NCBI GenBank assembly: GCA_051117555.1
Contig: JBNPEG010000132.1
Coordinates: 1,007-65,006 of the forward strand
Origin: Elainellaceae cyanobacterium
GTDB taxonomy: Bacteria > Cyanobacteriota > Cyanobacteriia > CAZCXK01
DNA: 64,000 bases
Direction of reading: 5' to 3'
Position numbers and translations under genes: made by a program. Under the pieces are notes generated by a model. The model was not told the DNA's origin. It saw only the letters and a list, made by a program, of their open reading frames with translations, and did no database searches. Shown in pieces: positions 43,092 through 53,803 of this stretch; position 1 is the stretch's first letter; each line of letters begins with the position of its first letter.

Positions 43092-44027
43092 ATGACTGTT
43101 GCTACCGATCGCGCTCCCCAACTCGTCACTCACCTGATTAACGGGCTCTTATCCGTCAAACCGCTTGCTGATTTTGCTAAACATCAGGCTCGTTCCATGA
43201 TGATTAAACGGGCTGAATCTATTGGCGTGTATTGGCGAGAGGAAGTTCAAGCGTTGCGATCGCGCGCGCAAGCAACCGATTTTTCTGCTGAGTGGGATAC
43301 TGAGCTAAAACAAATCGAGAATCCAGATTTGGCATATCCCGATTATTATCTGCGATCGTTTCACGCCTATGAAGAGGGGAATCTGGGCTGGCAACCGGCG
43401 ATGGAGGTTGAAGTGGCTGCTAGGGCAGTTCATGCGCGCTTGTGGAATGAAGGAGCAAACGGGGATGCTCGGCTCCGGCAAAGCTATCATGATAGGCTCC
43501 AAACTCAGATTCCGAAGCCAACCGACATTCTCGATCTCGGATGCAGCGTGGGTATGAGCACGTTTGCGCTCCACGATTACTACCCAAATTCTCAGCTAAC
43601 AGGCGTAGATTTGTCACCCCATTTTTTGGCGATCGCCCACTATCGTTCTCGCCAAAGGCAATTGCCCATTCACTGGCTTCACGCCCCCGCTGAAGCAACC
43701 GGGCTCCCTGATGCATCATTTGATCTGGTTTCAGCATTTCTGCTATTTCACGAACTGCCTCGCACAGCTGCCGTCAGCATCTTAAACGAAGCTCGACGCG
43801 TCTTACGCCCGGGTGGATACCTCGCCATCATGGAGATGAATCCGAAATCTGAAATCTATGCAGCGATGCCGCCCTATATTTTGACGCTGCTTAAAAGTAC
43901 AGAACCGTATTTGGATGACTACTTCACCTTTGATATCGAACGCGCTATTGAAGACGCAGGCTTCACACGCCCAACTCAAGCCTGTAATAGCCCTCGCCAT
44001 CGGACGTTGATTGCTCAAGCCCATTAA
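43092..44027 (+). CDS. Class I SAM-dependent methyltransferase
   Basis: YPDYY..FHAY, ILDLGCSVG, DLSP, LFHELP, LRPGG. Confidence 0.9.
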   Translation: MTVATDRAPQLVTHLINGLLSVKPLADFAKHQARSMMIKRAESIGVYWREEVQALRSRAQATDFSAEWDTELKQIENPDLAYPDYYLRSFHAYEEGNLGWQPAMEVEVAARAVHARLWNEGANGDARLRQSYHDRLQTQIPKPTDILDLGCSVGMSTFALHDYYPNSQLTGVDLSPHFLAIAHYRSRQRQLPIHWLHAPAEATGLPDASFDLVSAFLLFHELPRTAAVSILNEARRVLRPGGYLAIMEMNPKSEIYAAMPPYILTLLKSTEPYLDDYFTFDIERAIEDAGFTRPTQACNSPRHRTLIAQAH

Positions 44028-44046
44028 TTCACGTTGCTGAACGAAT

Positions 44047-44187
44047 ATGGTTTTAACCGTCAGCCCAGACCAGATTGAACTACCACCTGGAAGTGAGGTA
44101 ACGCTGCGCTATCAAACCTGGACAGACTACGAAGCGCTGCTCGAAAGCCGTCATGATGCTGCTGCTATCAAAATTCGCTTCAAAACA
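44047..44187 (+). pseudogene. Truncated Uma2-family endonuclease (N-terminus only)
   Basis: IELPPGSEVTLRYQTWTDYEALL resembles a Uma2 N-terminus; the frame then runs antisense into the YHS gene. Confidence 0.6.
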
Positions 44188-44697
44188 CTAATTATTCAAA
44201 ACGCTGGGCCAATTTTCATCCGCCTTAGCAATATTACCTGGAACATCTTGCTTCCAGCGGTCTTGAACACCAGCGCTATAGTTTAGATAAAGCTTGTCAT
44301 CCACGATCGCCCAAGCTGTTGGATCAATGGGAGCAACTTGTCCTTGACTCACAGCCCACGCACAATAGCCTCCATACTGAGGCGCATACGTTTCTGGGCT
44401 GCTGGCAAACGTGTCCCGATTCTCGGCACTAGCAAATTGCCACGTTGCGCCATCCCACTCATGTTGAAATTCGCTAGTCCCTGCTACATATTCACCCTGC
44501 TCAAAATATGCGACCGGATCTGCGCCCTTAATTGCAATCCCGTCTTCGGTATAGATTTCAGATTGAGTCTCCGTAGAGCCTGACGGAACAGATTCAGATG
44601 TCGAACTGGTTGAATCAGTTGGAGTACTTGAACATCCAACAATCAGCCCTAAGCTGAGTGCCACAGCGACCGGAAATAACGCTAGGGGTTTCGTCAT
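44188..44697 (-). CDS. YHS-domain lipoprotein
   Basis: Lipobox LIVGC, AIKGADPVAYF, YAPQYGGYCAWAV. Confidence 0.85.
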   Translation of the reverse strand: MTKPLALFPVAVALSLGLIVGCSSTPTDSTSSTSESVPSGSTETQSEIYTEDGIAIKGADPVAYFEQGEYVAGTSEFQHEWDGATWQFASAENRDTFASSPETYAPQYGGYCAWAVSQGQVAPIDPTAWAIVDDKLYLNYSAGVQDRWKQDVPGNIAKADENWPSVLNN

Positions 44698-44959
44698 GCT
44701 TAATGCCTCTTGGAGTGCTTCCTCCCCATTGAACTCACCCTGCATGAGCAGGGGCTGAGAAAATCCTGGGCGATCGCTGAGAGGATGCTCTAAAAACGCG
44801 GCATTCTGAGTTCAGCATATGCTTCCTGTTGGGATCAAACTCTCGGCTTGATGCTACTCATCCCAAGATGAGATGAAAGACGGCGGATCACAAACGCATG
44901 TGATACACCGTCTACAGTAACCAGACTAGATTGAGTGAAATCTAATCTGTAAAATTTAA

Positions 44960-46975
44960 CTACTTGCTAATGATCGCTTCTAGAAATTCTCGACTTTCGT
45001 CTGAGATTTTGCCATGCTTCAGCCATTCCTCTAGCCCGTCGGGAGACTTGACCTTACTGAGCTTCTCTTGCAATGCGCTAGTTTCAAGCACCTCTTGGTC
45101 AAGCAGCGTTTGGGCAATCTCTTCGAGAATATCCTGGTTCACATCCAAGACCTTCAACGCCATATTGTGAGCATTGTCGATGATCATTTTTACTTCTTGG
45201 TCGATTGTCTCAGTCACCTGAGGACTGACCGAACGACGAGGACTGCTCATCCCTGGAATATACTGCTGCTGAGGCTTGTCGAATGCGATTGGGCCAAGGG
45301 TGTCACTCATGCCATAAATCGTGACGCATCGCTCAGCCATGTCGGTTGCTTTTTGGATATCATCACTGGCTCCGGTCGATACTTTGCCAAAGGTGATTTC
45401 TTCAGACGATCGCCCGGCCAGCATGATGGCGATTCGTCCTCGGAGCTCATCTTCACCTACCAAAAAGCGATCTTCTTCAGGGAGCTGAAGCGTGTAGCCC
45501 AATGCACCTACACCGCGCGGCACGATCGAAATCTTCTCGACCTTACCTGCTCCAGGCATCAACGATCCCACAATCGCATGCCCTGTCTCGTGATAGGCAA
45601 CCGTGGTTTTTTCCATATCAGTCAAGACACGGGTCTTTTTCTCTAATCCGGCAATGACTCGCTCAATCGCTTCGTTAAAATCTGACATCTTCACTGCATC
45701 ACCATCGCGACGAGCAGCTAGTAGTGCGGCTTCATTGACAAGGTTAGCCAGGTCAGCCCCTGCAAATCCGGGAGTTCGAGCCGCAACTTTTTCTAAGTCA
45801 ACATCCTCAGCTAGTTTCACATTTGGAACATGGACTTCCAAAATGGCTTTACGACCAATCTTATCGGGCCGATCAACCACAACCTGCCGATCAAATCGCC
45901 CAGGACGCTGAAGCGCCGGATCAAGTACTTCTGGGCGGTTGGTCGCACCTAAAATAATCACACCCGCATTGGCGTCAAAGCCATCCATTTCATTGAGAAG
46001 CTGGTTGAGGGTCTGCTCTTGCTCGTTGACACCCCCGCCACCGAAGGGGCTTTGTCCGCCCCGAGATTTACCTAAGGCGTCTAGCTCATCGATAAAGACG
46101 ATACAAGGAGCTTGCTTTTTCGCTTGCTCAAACAAATCACGGACGCGGGATGCACCCACACCGACAAACAGTTCGATAAATTCTGATCCTGAGATGCTGA
46201 AGAAGGGAACACTTGCTTCCCCCGCTACTGCTTTTGCAAGCAATGTCTTACCTGTACCCGGAGGGCCGACTAGCAGTACGCCCTTTGGAATTTTGGCACC
46301 GAGGCGAGTGTATTTGCGGGAGTCTCTGAGAAAGTCGACGACTTCTTGAAGCTCGGTCTTCGCTTCATCTACTCCCGCGACGTCTTCAAACTTAACTCCT
46401 GTGTCGCCTTCTGAATAGGTGCGAGCCTTGCTCTTGCCTACGCTCAACGCAGCAGGCCCACCGCCCGCGCCTTGAGCACGACGCAAGATAAATAGCCAAA
46501 TTCCTAAGAAGATCAGGGGAAACAAGAGCCAGTTGAGCAGCCCTACAAACCAATTGTCGTCACTAGACGGGATTGCAGAAAACTCCACATCATTCTCGCG
46601 CAGAAGCGTAGTTAAATTCTGATCCGATGGGACAGGCACGGTTTGCAACATTTGAGAGTCTTCGGACTCGGCACCCTCAACGTCAGATGCGGCACTATCT
46701 TTAAGTTCGTAGCGAATGCGATCTTCGCTGATGATAGCTTCCTTAACTTGGTCAGATTCAACCTGCTCCAAAAATTTGCTGTACGGAACTTGCTGAGCAT
46801 TGGCTCCGGGACGATTCGAGCCAAAGAAATTTACTAATAGAAACGCAGCGATCAAAAACAAAAAGCCACTGCTAATCCACCGCGACCATTGATTTTGATC
46901 GTCGGGTTGATTGCTTTTGTTGGAGCGATCGCCCTGGTTACTCATTTTGAATTGACTGTCTTTACCGATAGGCAT
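44960..46975 (-). CDS. ftsH: ATP-dependent zinc metalloprotease FtsH
   Basis: Two TM segments, [23 protein letters not shown]. Confidence 0.96.
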   Translation of the reverse strand: MPIGKDSQFKMSNQGDRSNKSNQPDDQNQWSRWISSGFLFLIAAFLLVNFFGSNRPGANAQQVPYSKFLEQVESDQVKEAIISEDRIRYELKDSAASDVEGAESEDSQMLQTVPVPSDQNLTTLLRENDVEFSAIPSSDDNWFVGLLNWLLFPLIFLGIWLFILRRAQGAGGGPAALSVGKSKARTYSEGDTGVKFEDVAGVDEAKTELQEVVDFLRDSRKYTRLGAKIPKGVLLVGPPGTGKTLLAKAVAGEASVPFFSISGSEFIELFVGVGASRVRDLFEQAKKQAPCIVFIDELDALGKSRGGQSPFGGGGVNEQEQTLNQLLNEMDGFDANAGVIILGATNRPEVLDPALQRPGRFDRQVVVDRPDKIGRKAILEVHVPNVKLAEDVDLEKVAARTPGFAGADLANLVNEAALLAARRDGDAVKMSDFNEAIERVIAGLEKKTRVLTDMEKTTVAYHETGHAIVGSLMPGAGKVEKISIVPRGVGALGYTLQLPEEDRFLVGEDELRGRIAIMLAGRSSEEITFGKVSTGASDDIQKATDMAERCVTIYGMSDTLGPIAFDKPQQQYIPGMSSPRRSVSPQVTETIDQEVKMIIDNAHNMALKVLDVNQDILEEIAQTLLDQEVLETSALQEKLSKVKSPDGLEEWLKHGKISDESREFLEAIISK

Positions 46976-47428
46976 AAGTAATGCTTAGAAATACAGGAGC
47001 TAAAACAACAAATTGTGAATTGTGAATAGTAGAGTCTTAAATCATGACCCCAACTTTTATCCAAGCATGGGATTAGGATATGGACGGCTTTTGTCTCTAT
47101 TCACGCTTATAGGTTCCCATATTCCAAGCGATTAGCCAGCTATCCTGAGATAGACTTTAAGCGATATGAAGCAAAATCTTGGGGCGATCGCACCTGCCTC
47201 CGTTTATTAGAAAATCCTGGTAAACATGAGTCATTGACTCACAAAAAAAGCAGCCCTCAGAGAGCTGCTGTGTCGATGATAGGAATAGTACGTGCTTCCC
47301 CATTGATTCCTCATCTGCCTTAGCTTTTCATTTAATCATCTAATCAATCATCCATCTAAAGGCAGATGGAAACATAGGTGTTCAAAATCTGATCGACTGA
47401 CAAATTGTTTATGTGGGCGACTTGAAAC

Positions 47429-48784
47429 TTAAGACGGATTACCAGATAGATCGCTGTGTTTACTTAACCGCCGATGGGCGATCGCCAAACTCTTGACATC
47501 TCCCACATTGCCGGGAAACAAAACAACCGGCAAATTGGGAAATTGGGGATGCTGGTCGGGAGTGCGCACAATAGACACACCAGGCAAGATTTGACCAAGA
47601 AGGCGGGCAAACGTAAGATTCAAGCCTTTGCTCAAGACATCATTTGACGTAATTCCCCCCTTACTGATCAGGAACCCAATATTCTCAGGCAACCCACGCA
47701 CAATATCCATCAGCAGGTCTGACACAGCCGCTCCAAATTCTAAGCGAGTCTGCGCGTCAGGAAATGTCAGTTCTTCGCGGCTCGTAAAAATGACTGGGGT
47801 TTTGCCTTGGGAAAATGCGTCGTTAATCTTGTCAAGAGTTTGCTTGAGCAGGCTGGCACGCTGTTCTGCCGATTCATCCAGCAGATGCACGACATCAACC
47901 TCAATGCCAACTACGTCTGCTTCAAGGAGTAATTGCTCAAGCTGCTGCGTCGTTTTCTGAACGTGGGAGCCAACTAACACGACGCCAGCGTTTCCACCCC
48001 GCGTATACTGCCCCATATGTTCGGCATCGATAGGCTGGGGAGGCAAATCTGCTAAGGCGGTCAACAAGCTTGCTGCACTGCGAAACAAAAACTTTTTGCC
48101 TTGAGAGGCGGCTTCGAGCACGTCCGCAGCAAATCGATTCAGGTCACTCTGCGTCTCAGCATCGACCGCAACACACTGATTGTCATGCAGGTTGAGCAAG
48201 CGTTTGAGCGTTCCTGCTCGAATATCGGCTAAGACAAATCGCTCCACTGATTCAGCCGCAATCGTGCCGTGCGTCTTTTCAGCCACATAATCGGGCAAGT
48301 AGCTATGACTGTAGCCAAACACTGAGTCCTTCGCAAATTCGGTCTCGTGGACGGGGACTTCAACTCCATCGACTCGCAAGTAATGAATGCTATCGCGGGT
48401 GATGCGCCCTCCCTCAAAAAAGGCAGGGGTTAAAAAATGAGCATCGAAAGGGCCTAACTCATCCGCGATCGCATCGGTTTCAATGGGATAGTGCCCCCGT
48501 AGAGTCGAGTCAGAACGACTCACCACTAGAAAATCATCGATTGCTTCACGGGCGATCGCCTGCTTAAGGTTTTGACAGACCTCGCGAGTCACTGCATTTG
48601 CGTCTGAGGGAGTCAGCGCTCGCGTATTCGTCAAAATAAACACAATGGGAGAGGGATCTGCCAACCCCATGCGAAGTGTGTCAACATCCCAACGGGTCAA
48701 CAACAGGCAGCTATGGACAGTCTGAGATCCGGTCGGGTCGTCATCTAGGACGATAATTTTGGGGGTTTGAGAACTCGTAACCAT
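47429..48784 (-). CDS. Four-carbon acid sugar kinase family (DUF1537)
   Basis: LDDDPTG, DSTLRGH, KGGITS, PGNVG. Confidence 0.9.
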   Translation of the reverse strand: MVTSSQTPKIIVLDDDPTGSQTVHSCLLLTRWDVDTLRMGLADPSPIVFILTNTRALTPSDANAVTREVCQNLKQAIAREAIDDFLVVSRSDSTLRGHYPIETDAIADELGPFDAHFLTPAFFEGGRITRDSIHYLRVDGVEVPVHETEFAKDSVFGYSHSYLPDYVAEKTHGTIAAESVERFVLADIRAGTLKRLLNLHDNQCVAVDAETQSDLNRFAADVLEAASQGKKFLFRSAASLLTALADLPPQPIDAEHMGQYTRGGNAGVVLVGSHVQKTTQQLEQLLLEADVVGIEVDVVHLLDESAEQRASLLKQTLDKINDAFSQGKTPVIFTSREELTFPDAQTRLEFGAAVSDLLMDIVRGLPENIGFLISKGGITSNDVLSKGLNLTFARLLGQILPGVSIVRTPDQHPQFPNLPVVLFPGNVGDVKSLAIAHRRLSKHSDLSGNPS

Positions 48785-48902
48785 GATGTTGAGGGCGATC
48801 GTTCACAGCAATGATGGCATCAGCCATTGCTATGAACTTACCACGTCCGCTGATCACCCCTGGAGCTCTCGCACATTTTAGTCTGCGATTGGTTTACAAA
48901 CT

Positions 48903-49253
48903 CTAGTTTGCAGACTCATCAGAGGAATCCGATGTCCCCACCAACGCGGGGAGGGCTTTCTCAAGCGTCATCCGCTGTTGGGCGTTGCGTAAGAAATAGC
49001 CATGCATCATTGCTGATGCTAGGAGTTGCGCTAAGCTTTCCCGACTGGTTGTAATAGCAACGTCAAAGTTTTGTCCAGGCAATGCTCCCAGTGAACCGAT
49101 GATGTTGCGTTCCATCAGGTGAGCAACTTCGGGCTCAGGGCGAGACAGTTGCGCGATCGCCTCTGGGCTTAGTGACCGAATGTAGCGTTCAAGCGACTTG
49201 TCTTGGTTATTGCCATCAAAGAGGTTTGACATTTGATTCGACAAATTGTTCAT
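48903..49253 (-). CDS. DUF760-family protein
   Basis: ERNIIGSLGALP, LAQLLASAMMHGYFLRNA. Confidence 0.85.
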   Translation of the reverse strand: MNNLSNQMSNLFDGNNQDKSLERYIRSLSPEAIAQLSRPEPEVAHLMERNIIGSLGALPGQNFDVAITTSRESLAQLLASAMMHGYFLRNAQQRMTLEKALPALVGTSDSSDESAN

Positions 49254-49414
49254 GTGGATACCTTTCAATCTTTATGATTGACAGTCGTCTATATATTTAG
49301 TCTAAGCGAGCGATCGCCCCACAGCATTGAGTACAACCGAACCGCTGAAATGGGGTTCTCCGAATCACTACGGCCCTCTAGTTCACCCTGAATATCCTAC
49401 AAATAATATCCTAC

Positions 49415-49498
49415 AAATAAGCCCCGGCATGTCTGCCAGGGCTGGATTAGCATAGAGTTTCAAATAAAGAGTAGGTTTCTGTATATTTCGCGCTATCT
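49415..49498 (-). ncRNA. Candidate sRNA, copy A
   Basis: GATATT-N14-TAGTCT upstream, 46-nt core shared with copy B, terminator-like hairpin 49415-49443. Confidence 0.55.
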
Positions 49499-49631
49499 GA
49501 TGTCAGACTAACGCAAGGTTGATGAATATCCTGTGAACGGATAATAAATTTAGGAGCAAGTTTCTGATGCTGAAGTTGCGATCGCCCTCCCATAAGGCGT
49601 TGGTCATTTAGATTAGGCATCAAGGTAGCGG

Positions 49632-49722
49632 TAGCGGTCTGTGCTTGAGTTAAGCACGGTATGGAGGGCGCGGCGTGCCCTACACTACCATCTCCGTACG
49701 TAGCGCGATTGAAAAATGCTAT
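49632..49722. mobile_element. Degenerate ~90-bp MITE between the two candidate sRNAs
   Basis: Homologous to 33243-33331. Confidence 0.55.
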
Positions 49723-49733
49723 TGGCATACAAT

Positions 49734-49816
49734 AAATAGCCCCGACACTGCTGCCGGGGAAATTTGATATAGAGTTTCAAATAGAAGGTGAGTTTCCGTA
49801 TATTCCTCGTTACCAC
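49734..49816 (-). ncRNA. Candidate sRNA, copy B
   Basis: GATATT-N14-TAGTAT upstream, core 36/46 identical to copy A, terminator-like hairpin 49734-49759. Confidence 0.55.
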
Positions 49817-49947
49817 TGAGAGAATACTAATTCAGAATCAGTTAATATCGCGCAAACCAGAGATAAAGCTTGAATCAAGTTTCTACAGAGAGACGCTTTT
49901 CCAGTCTCTGCGGTAGAATGCAGACCAAACCACGTGAGGAGTTGACT

Positions 49948-50226
49948 ATGAACAAAGGCGAACTTGTAGATACGATTGCTGAGAAAGCAGGCGTTACCAA
50001 AAAGCAGGCAGATGAAATTTTGTCAGCCACGCTCGACAGCATTGTGGATGCAGTCAGCAGCGGAGATAAGGTGACACTGGTTGGATTTGGAACCTTTGAG
50101 CCCCGAGATCGTAAAGAGCGGGAAGGCCGGAACCCTAAGACGGGCGAGGCACTGAAAATTCCTGCAACGACTATTCCAGCGTTTAGCGCGGGTAAAGTTT
50201 TTAAGGATAAAGTCTCACCCAGCTAA
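49948..50226 (+). CDS. hup: HU DNA-binding protein
   Basis: MNKGELV, LVGFGTF, GRNPKTGE; GAGGAG RBS. Confidence 0.97.
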   Translation: MNKGELVDTIAEKAGVTKKQADEILSATLDSIVDAVSSGDKVTLVGFGTFEPRDRKEREGRNPKTGEALKIPATTIPAFSAGKVFKDKVSPS

Positions 50227-50281
50227 TCACGAATTCTCAGTTTTGAGACATCCTTAACAAAATTCTTGCTGATTCCGGAAT

Positions 50282-50313
50282 ATCCTCCTTCGGCTTATGA
50301 AGGAGGATTTTTT
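50282..50313 (+). terminator. Intrinsic terminator after hup
   Basis: ATCCTCCTTC...GAAGGAGGAT plus T-run. Confidence 0.75.
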
Positions 50314-50335
50314 GAAGATTCAATATCTCATTGAA

Positions 50336-52417
50336 CTACCAGACTCTCCACTCATCCCAGTCTTCGTTAAAAATTGACGTATTGGGAAATTGGGTAGGGT
50401 TACCTTGCTGTTCGAGGCGATCGCGCAATTTTTGCAACAATGGTTCTGGCTGAGGCAAGTCATCCACAAGCTGATAGGGAAAAATGTTCTCAGATAGAGC
50501 CAGATTAGCCGTCGTTCCAGCCGCAGCCCCTACCGACCACTCAAAGGAATGAACGCGGTAAGCCGCCGCCGCAATATGACTAGCGGCAATGCTTTTTCCG
50601 GCAATGAGCAGGTTATCAATCTGCTGAGGAATCATTGCCCGCAGCGGAATTTGCGCGGGATATGCTTGCCCATGGCCTTGCCGTGTCCCCGGACGCTCAA
50701 TATTGCCAGGACGTTCAGGGGGTGAGAACGCCATACACGGATGGAAATCAATTGCATATTGGGCAATGCCCACCGAATCTGGATAAATAATCGATCGGCT
50801 ACGACGCACCACCTGATCAGGAGACAGTTCAGTTTCAAGAACAGATGAAGCTTCAAGCCCTGCTAGCGCAGCCCAGAGACGACGATAGGCTTGTGGAGAA
50901 AGAACGTTTTGATAATATTCGTCACGGAAATCTGCTCGCGAAATATCAATCTCACTCACGGAAAATCCTTGTGAATACGCATACGAGGGACGACCTATAA
51001 TCCGACGAGCCTCTCGAATATAGGGATACTTCGATAAACCATGCATCGTGCCCATCGGAGAATCTAGCCCGGTTAGAAGCTGATGATTGAGGTGGGTTTC
51101 TTTAGAGCGATCGCCCGAATCGATCGTTTCCGCTGTCAGCCAGTAGTAAAACCCAAGCGCCTGCTCTTCACCGCCGCGGAGGGTTTCGGTTCGCAGCCCT
51201 CCCATCCAACCATTGGGGGCAAGCTGGCCTCGTTCCTCAAGCTGCTCATGGGTATAGATGAGATTGTCGTCTGATGTACCCGGACGATAGTCATTCCCCC
51301 AGACCCAGTTTTGCATCGAGATATCACCCGGTCGAGGCACCGCGACTCCAAATCGACTTAATGTGGGACGCTCCTCATCGTCGGGAGCCCAGATGCGGCG
51401 ATAGGTAAACACCTCGTCAAAATTGAAGCGACCCGGTTCTGGATCGTAAGTGTAGTATGGCTTGTATTGCGAATAGAAGGGGGGTTCTTCCTGGGGAAGT
51501 GGAATCTCCGTTTGCTCCATTGCGAACGTATACGTAAACCCCTGGGTGCAGTATGGATCACCCGTTTCACTCGCCGATGAGGGATTGCGATAGGAGCGAG
51601 GATCGATGCCTAAACGATATGGAACATCAGCAAGAGCAACAATTTCGCCCGTTTCAGTTGCTTCAACGACATACCAGGGCGTGACCGGTTCATTCTCGTC
51701 GTCGTCTGTTGCATCGTCTTGAGGCGGCACAAATTGAATAATGGTCTTTGTAAACCGATCGGAGTCATCGAAGCGATAGGCATCGTCGATAACCTGTGAC
51801 AGCGGCTCCGCGTTGAGAGGCGGAGTATCGGGGGCAGGATTGCGCTGAATGGCGATCGCCCCTTCAATTATGCGACCGTCATCGCTAATATCAAGACTCT
51901 TAATCACCGTCGCCGGAAACCATTTCAGCGTGCCATTTCCCTCATCAGCGGCATCATCAAGCATGTCTTCCAAAATGGCATGAGCATCCGTTGGCAAAAA
52001 ACAGGATGCGCTCACCCAGCAGTCCCCCGGATTGAGTTCTCCATACTGGTCAACAATTTCGTTCCGGAGTTCGTTGTAGCCTTGAGGATAAAACAGGAGC
52101 GATCGCTGCATCCGAGCCTCGTCTAGAGCAGACGTACCCTGGGACGAAATCTGTCCTCCGATCCAGTCCGTGATTTCGGTGAGGCAGACGGTTCGCCCCG
52201 CTTTGAGGGATTCATAAGCAGTCGCTGTTCCTGCCAGCCCTCCCCCCACAATCAGAATTTCGCACTCTACCGTCTGATCAGCTGACGTAGATGAACCATT
52301 TGCTGAATCTGGAACCTCCTGAGCTTGAAGGAATGGCGTAAAACTCAGTCCCCAAAGGGATGTCAGCAATAGGCTCGTCGACCAAACGACATACGATTTA
52401 GAAAAACGCTTTAGCAT
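50336..52417 (-). CDS. Exported FAD-dependent oxidoreductase
   Basis: Signal peptide, ILIVGGGLAG, WIGGQISSQG, PYIREARR, IPLRAMIP. Confidence 0.88.
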   Translation of the reverse strand: MLKRFSKSYVVWSTSLLLTSLWGLSFTPFLQAQEVPDSANGSSTSADQTVECEILIVGGGLAGTATAYESLKAGRTVCLTEITDWIGGQISSQGTSALDEARMQRSLLFYPQGYNELRNEIVDQYGELNPGDCWVSASCFLPTDAHAILEDMLDDAADEGNGTLKWFPATVIKSLDISDDGRIIEGAIAIQRNPAPDTPPLNAEPLSQVIDDAYRFDDSDRFTKTIIQFVPPQDDATDDDENEPVTPWYVVEATETGEIVALADVPYRLGIDPRSYRNPSSASETGDPYCTQGFTYTFAMEQTEIPLPQEEPPFYSQYKPYYTYDPEPGRFNFDEVFTYRRIWAPDDEERPTLSRFGVAVPRPGDISMQNWVWGNDYRPGTSDDNLIYTHEQLEERGQLAPNGWMGGLRTETLRGGEEQALGFYYWLTAETIDSGDRSKETHLNHQLLTGLDSPMGTMHGLSKYPYIREARRIIGRPSYAYSQGFSVSEIDISRADFRDEYYQNVLSPQAYRRLWAALAGLEASSVLETELSPDQVVRRSRSIIYPDSVGIAQYAIDFHPCMAFSPPERPGNIERPGTRQGHGQAYPAQIPLRAMIPQQIDNLLIAGKSIAASHIAAAAYRVHSFEWSVGAAAGTTANLALSENIFPYQLVDDLPQPEPLLQKLRDRLEQQGNPTQFPNTSIFNEDWDEWRVW

Positions 52418-52647
52418 AAATGGCGGTTAGATGTGTCGTTATTACCTAGGAAAACGAGAGACATAAGCACGCTGAATGCCAGCTTAAACGAAAAATCCTA
52501 GCGTTGTGTGCAGATCATCTCTCATAATTGGCTAACGTCTATCCGAAAACTCGCTAGAGCTTTTGGAATCTAAACCTCCTGAGGGGAGTCTTGGATAGCT
52601 TCTCAATACACCGTTTACGTGGGTAGATTGCCGATAGATCGCTGATG

Positions 52648-53238
52648 TTACCCGCCTTTGAAATTGCCAACGTGCGGGCTAATGTCACCACTCTCATTAA
52701 AATCAGCATCGACATCGGGATCAATCGCAGCATGGGATAGCAACGCTCCACTCAGAACTGCTCGATCCAAACAGGCTTGAATAAGACGGGCTCCAGTCAG
52801 ATTTGCGCCCCTAAAATCAGCATCCGTTAGGTCTGCACCCGACAAATCGGCGTAGCGCAAATCAGCATTGGTCAAGCAAGCACCTTCCAAACAGGCTCCA
52901 CGAAGCGACGCTAGCCTCAAATTTGCCTCCGATAGTATCGTCCCGCTTAAATTGGACGCGTCCAAATTTGCTCGGATCAAAAAAGCTCTTATCAAATCGG
53001 CATTCGCTAAGCTGGTATGCGCAAAATTGGTGCGCCACAGCCGGGCCTTACTCAGGCAACACTGCTCAAAATTAGAATCCCGGAGGTCTGAAAAACTAAG
53101 ATTCGCCTTCGATAAATTGGATTGGTAAAACACCGACCGAATGAGATTAGTCTCTTTGAGGCTGACACCTTCTAGATTGGAATGACTGAAATCTCGACAG
53201 CCTGATGCGTATAAATCTAATAGAGTGCTGCTATCCAT
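52648..53238 (-). CDS. Pentapeptide-repeat protein
   Basis: LLDLYASGCRDF cap followed by A(N/D)L repeats. Confidence 0.88.
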   Translation of the reverse strand: MDSSTLLDLYASGCRDFSHSNLEGVSLKETNLIRSVFYQSNLSKANLSFSDLRDSNFEQCCLSKARLWRTNFAHTSLANADLIRAFLIRANLDASNLSGTILSEANLRLASLRGACLEGACLTNADLRYADLSGADLTDADFRGANLTGARLIQACLDRAVLSGALLSHAAIDPDVDADFNESGDISPHVGNFKGG

Positions 53239-53631
53239 TCTCTTTTCCAACCTGTGTGTGCGGCATTTCTGACGCTCCGTATGCAATGGGGTGAAAACGA
53301 TTAGAAAAAGTCCTTGAGAATTGAAGATTGGGAGGAAAGGGCTAGCCTTCTGCAACGTAGCAGCTAGACTTGCGCTTCAACACTCAAGGACTTGCGGCTG
53401 GGCAAAGCAAATATCAATAGTTTCAGCACTGATTACCAAATCACAAAGCAAGGGAAGCAACTCTAGGCAAATTGGTGTAGCTCCCCCGTTCACGAGCGAT
53501 CGCACACCCTGCTCATTTCCAACACTGTTTAATTCATGCGTCTGAGCGATGCGATCGCGCTTGGGGCAGCCTCAACAGATACAAACCGCAAATTCACATT
53601 TAATCCGTAAGGAAAACCGAACCGCGTCTTT

Positions 53632-53672
53632 TTCGTAACACTATGTAAAGTTATATAACATTTCGTTACAAT
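53632..53672. promoter_or_regulatory. Two HLR1-like (RpaB) direct-repeat sites in opposite orientations
   Basis: Minus strand TTTACATA-gt-GTTACGAA (53632-53649); plus strand ATAACATT-tc-GTTACAAT (53655-53672). Confidence 0.45.
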
Positions 53673-53803
53673 TCGACAAGTATTTTGCGCCCCCTTGTAC
53701 TCAAGTACTTTGCTCATACAAGACGGCAGACGTTGCATAACCATAGTCGCGGGCAAGATGCTCGCCTCTCAAAGGGTTGTTGGATTATTTCTGCCAAACG
53801 ATA

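Noticed and set aside
45068..46349. Long antisense ORFs inside ftsH (and similarly in ahcY, frmA, purM, dnaA)
   Set aside because: Shadow frames of conserved genes with no protein-like motifs.
49447..49728. 93-aa ORF or shared YTET..LFETL peptide
   Set aside because: The ORF starts at the end of a MITE and crosses promoter A; copy B has no in-frame start and its stop is not conserved.
49452..49814. CRISPR-like reading of the ATTTGAAAC-containing repeats
   Set aside because: Only two copies, 317 bp apart, each with its own terminator; no cas genes in the window.
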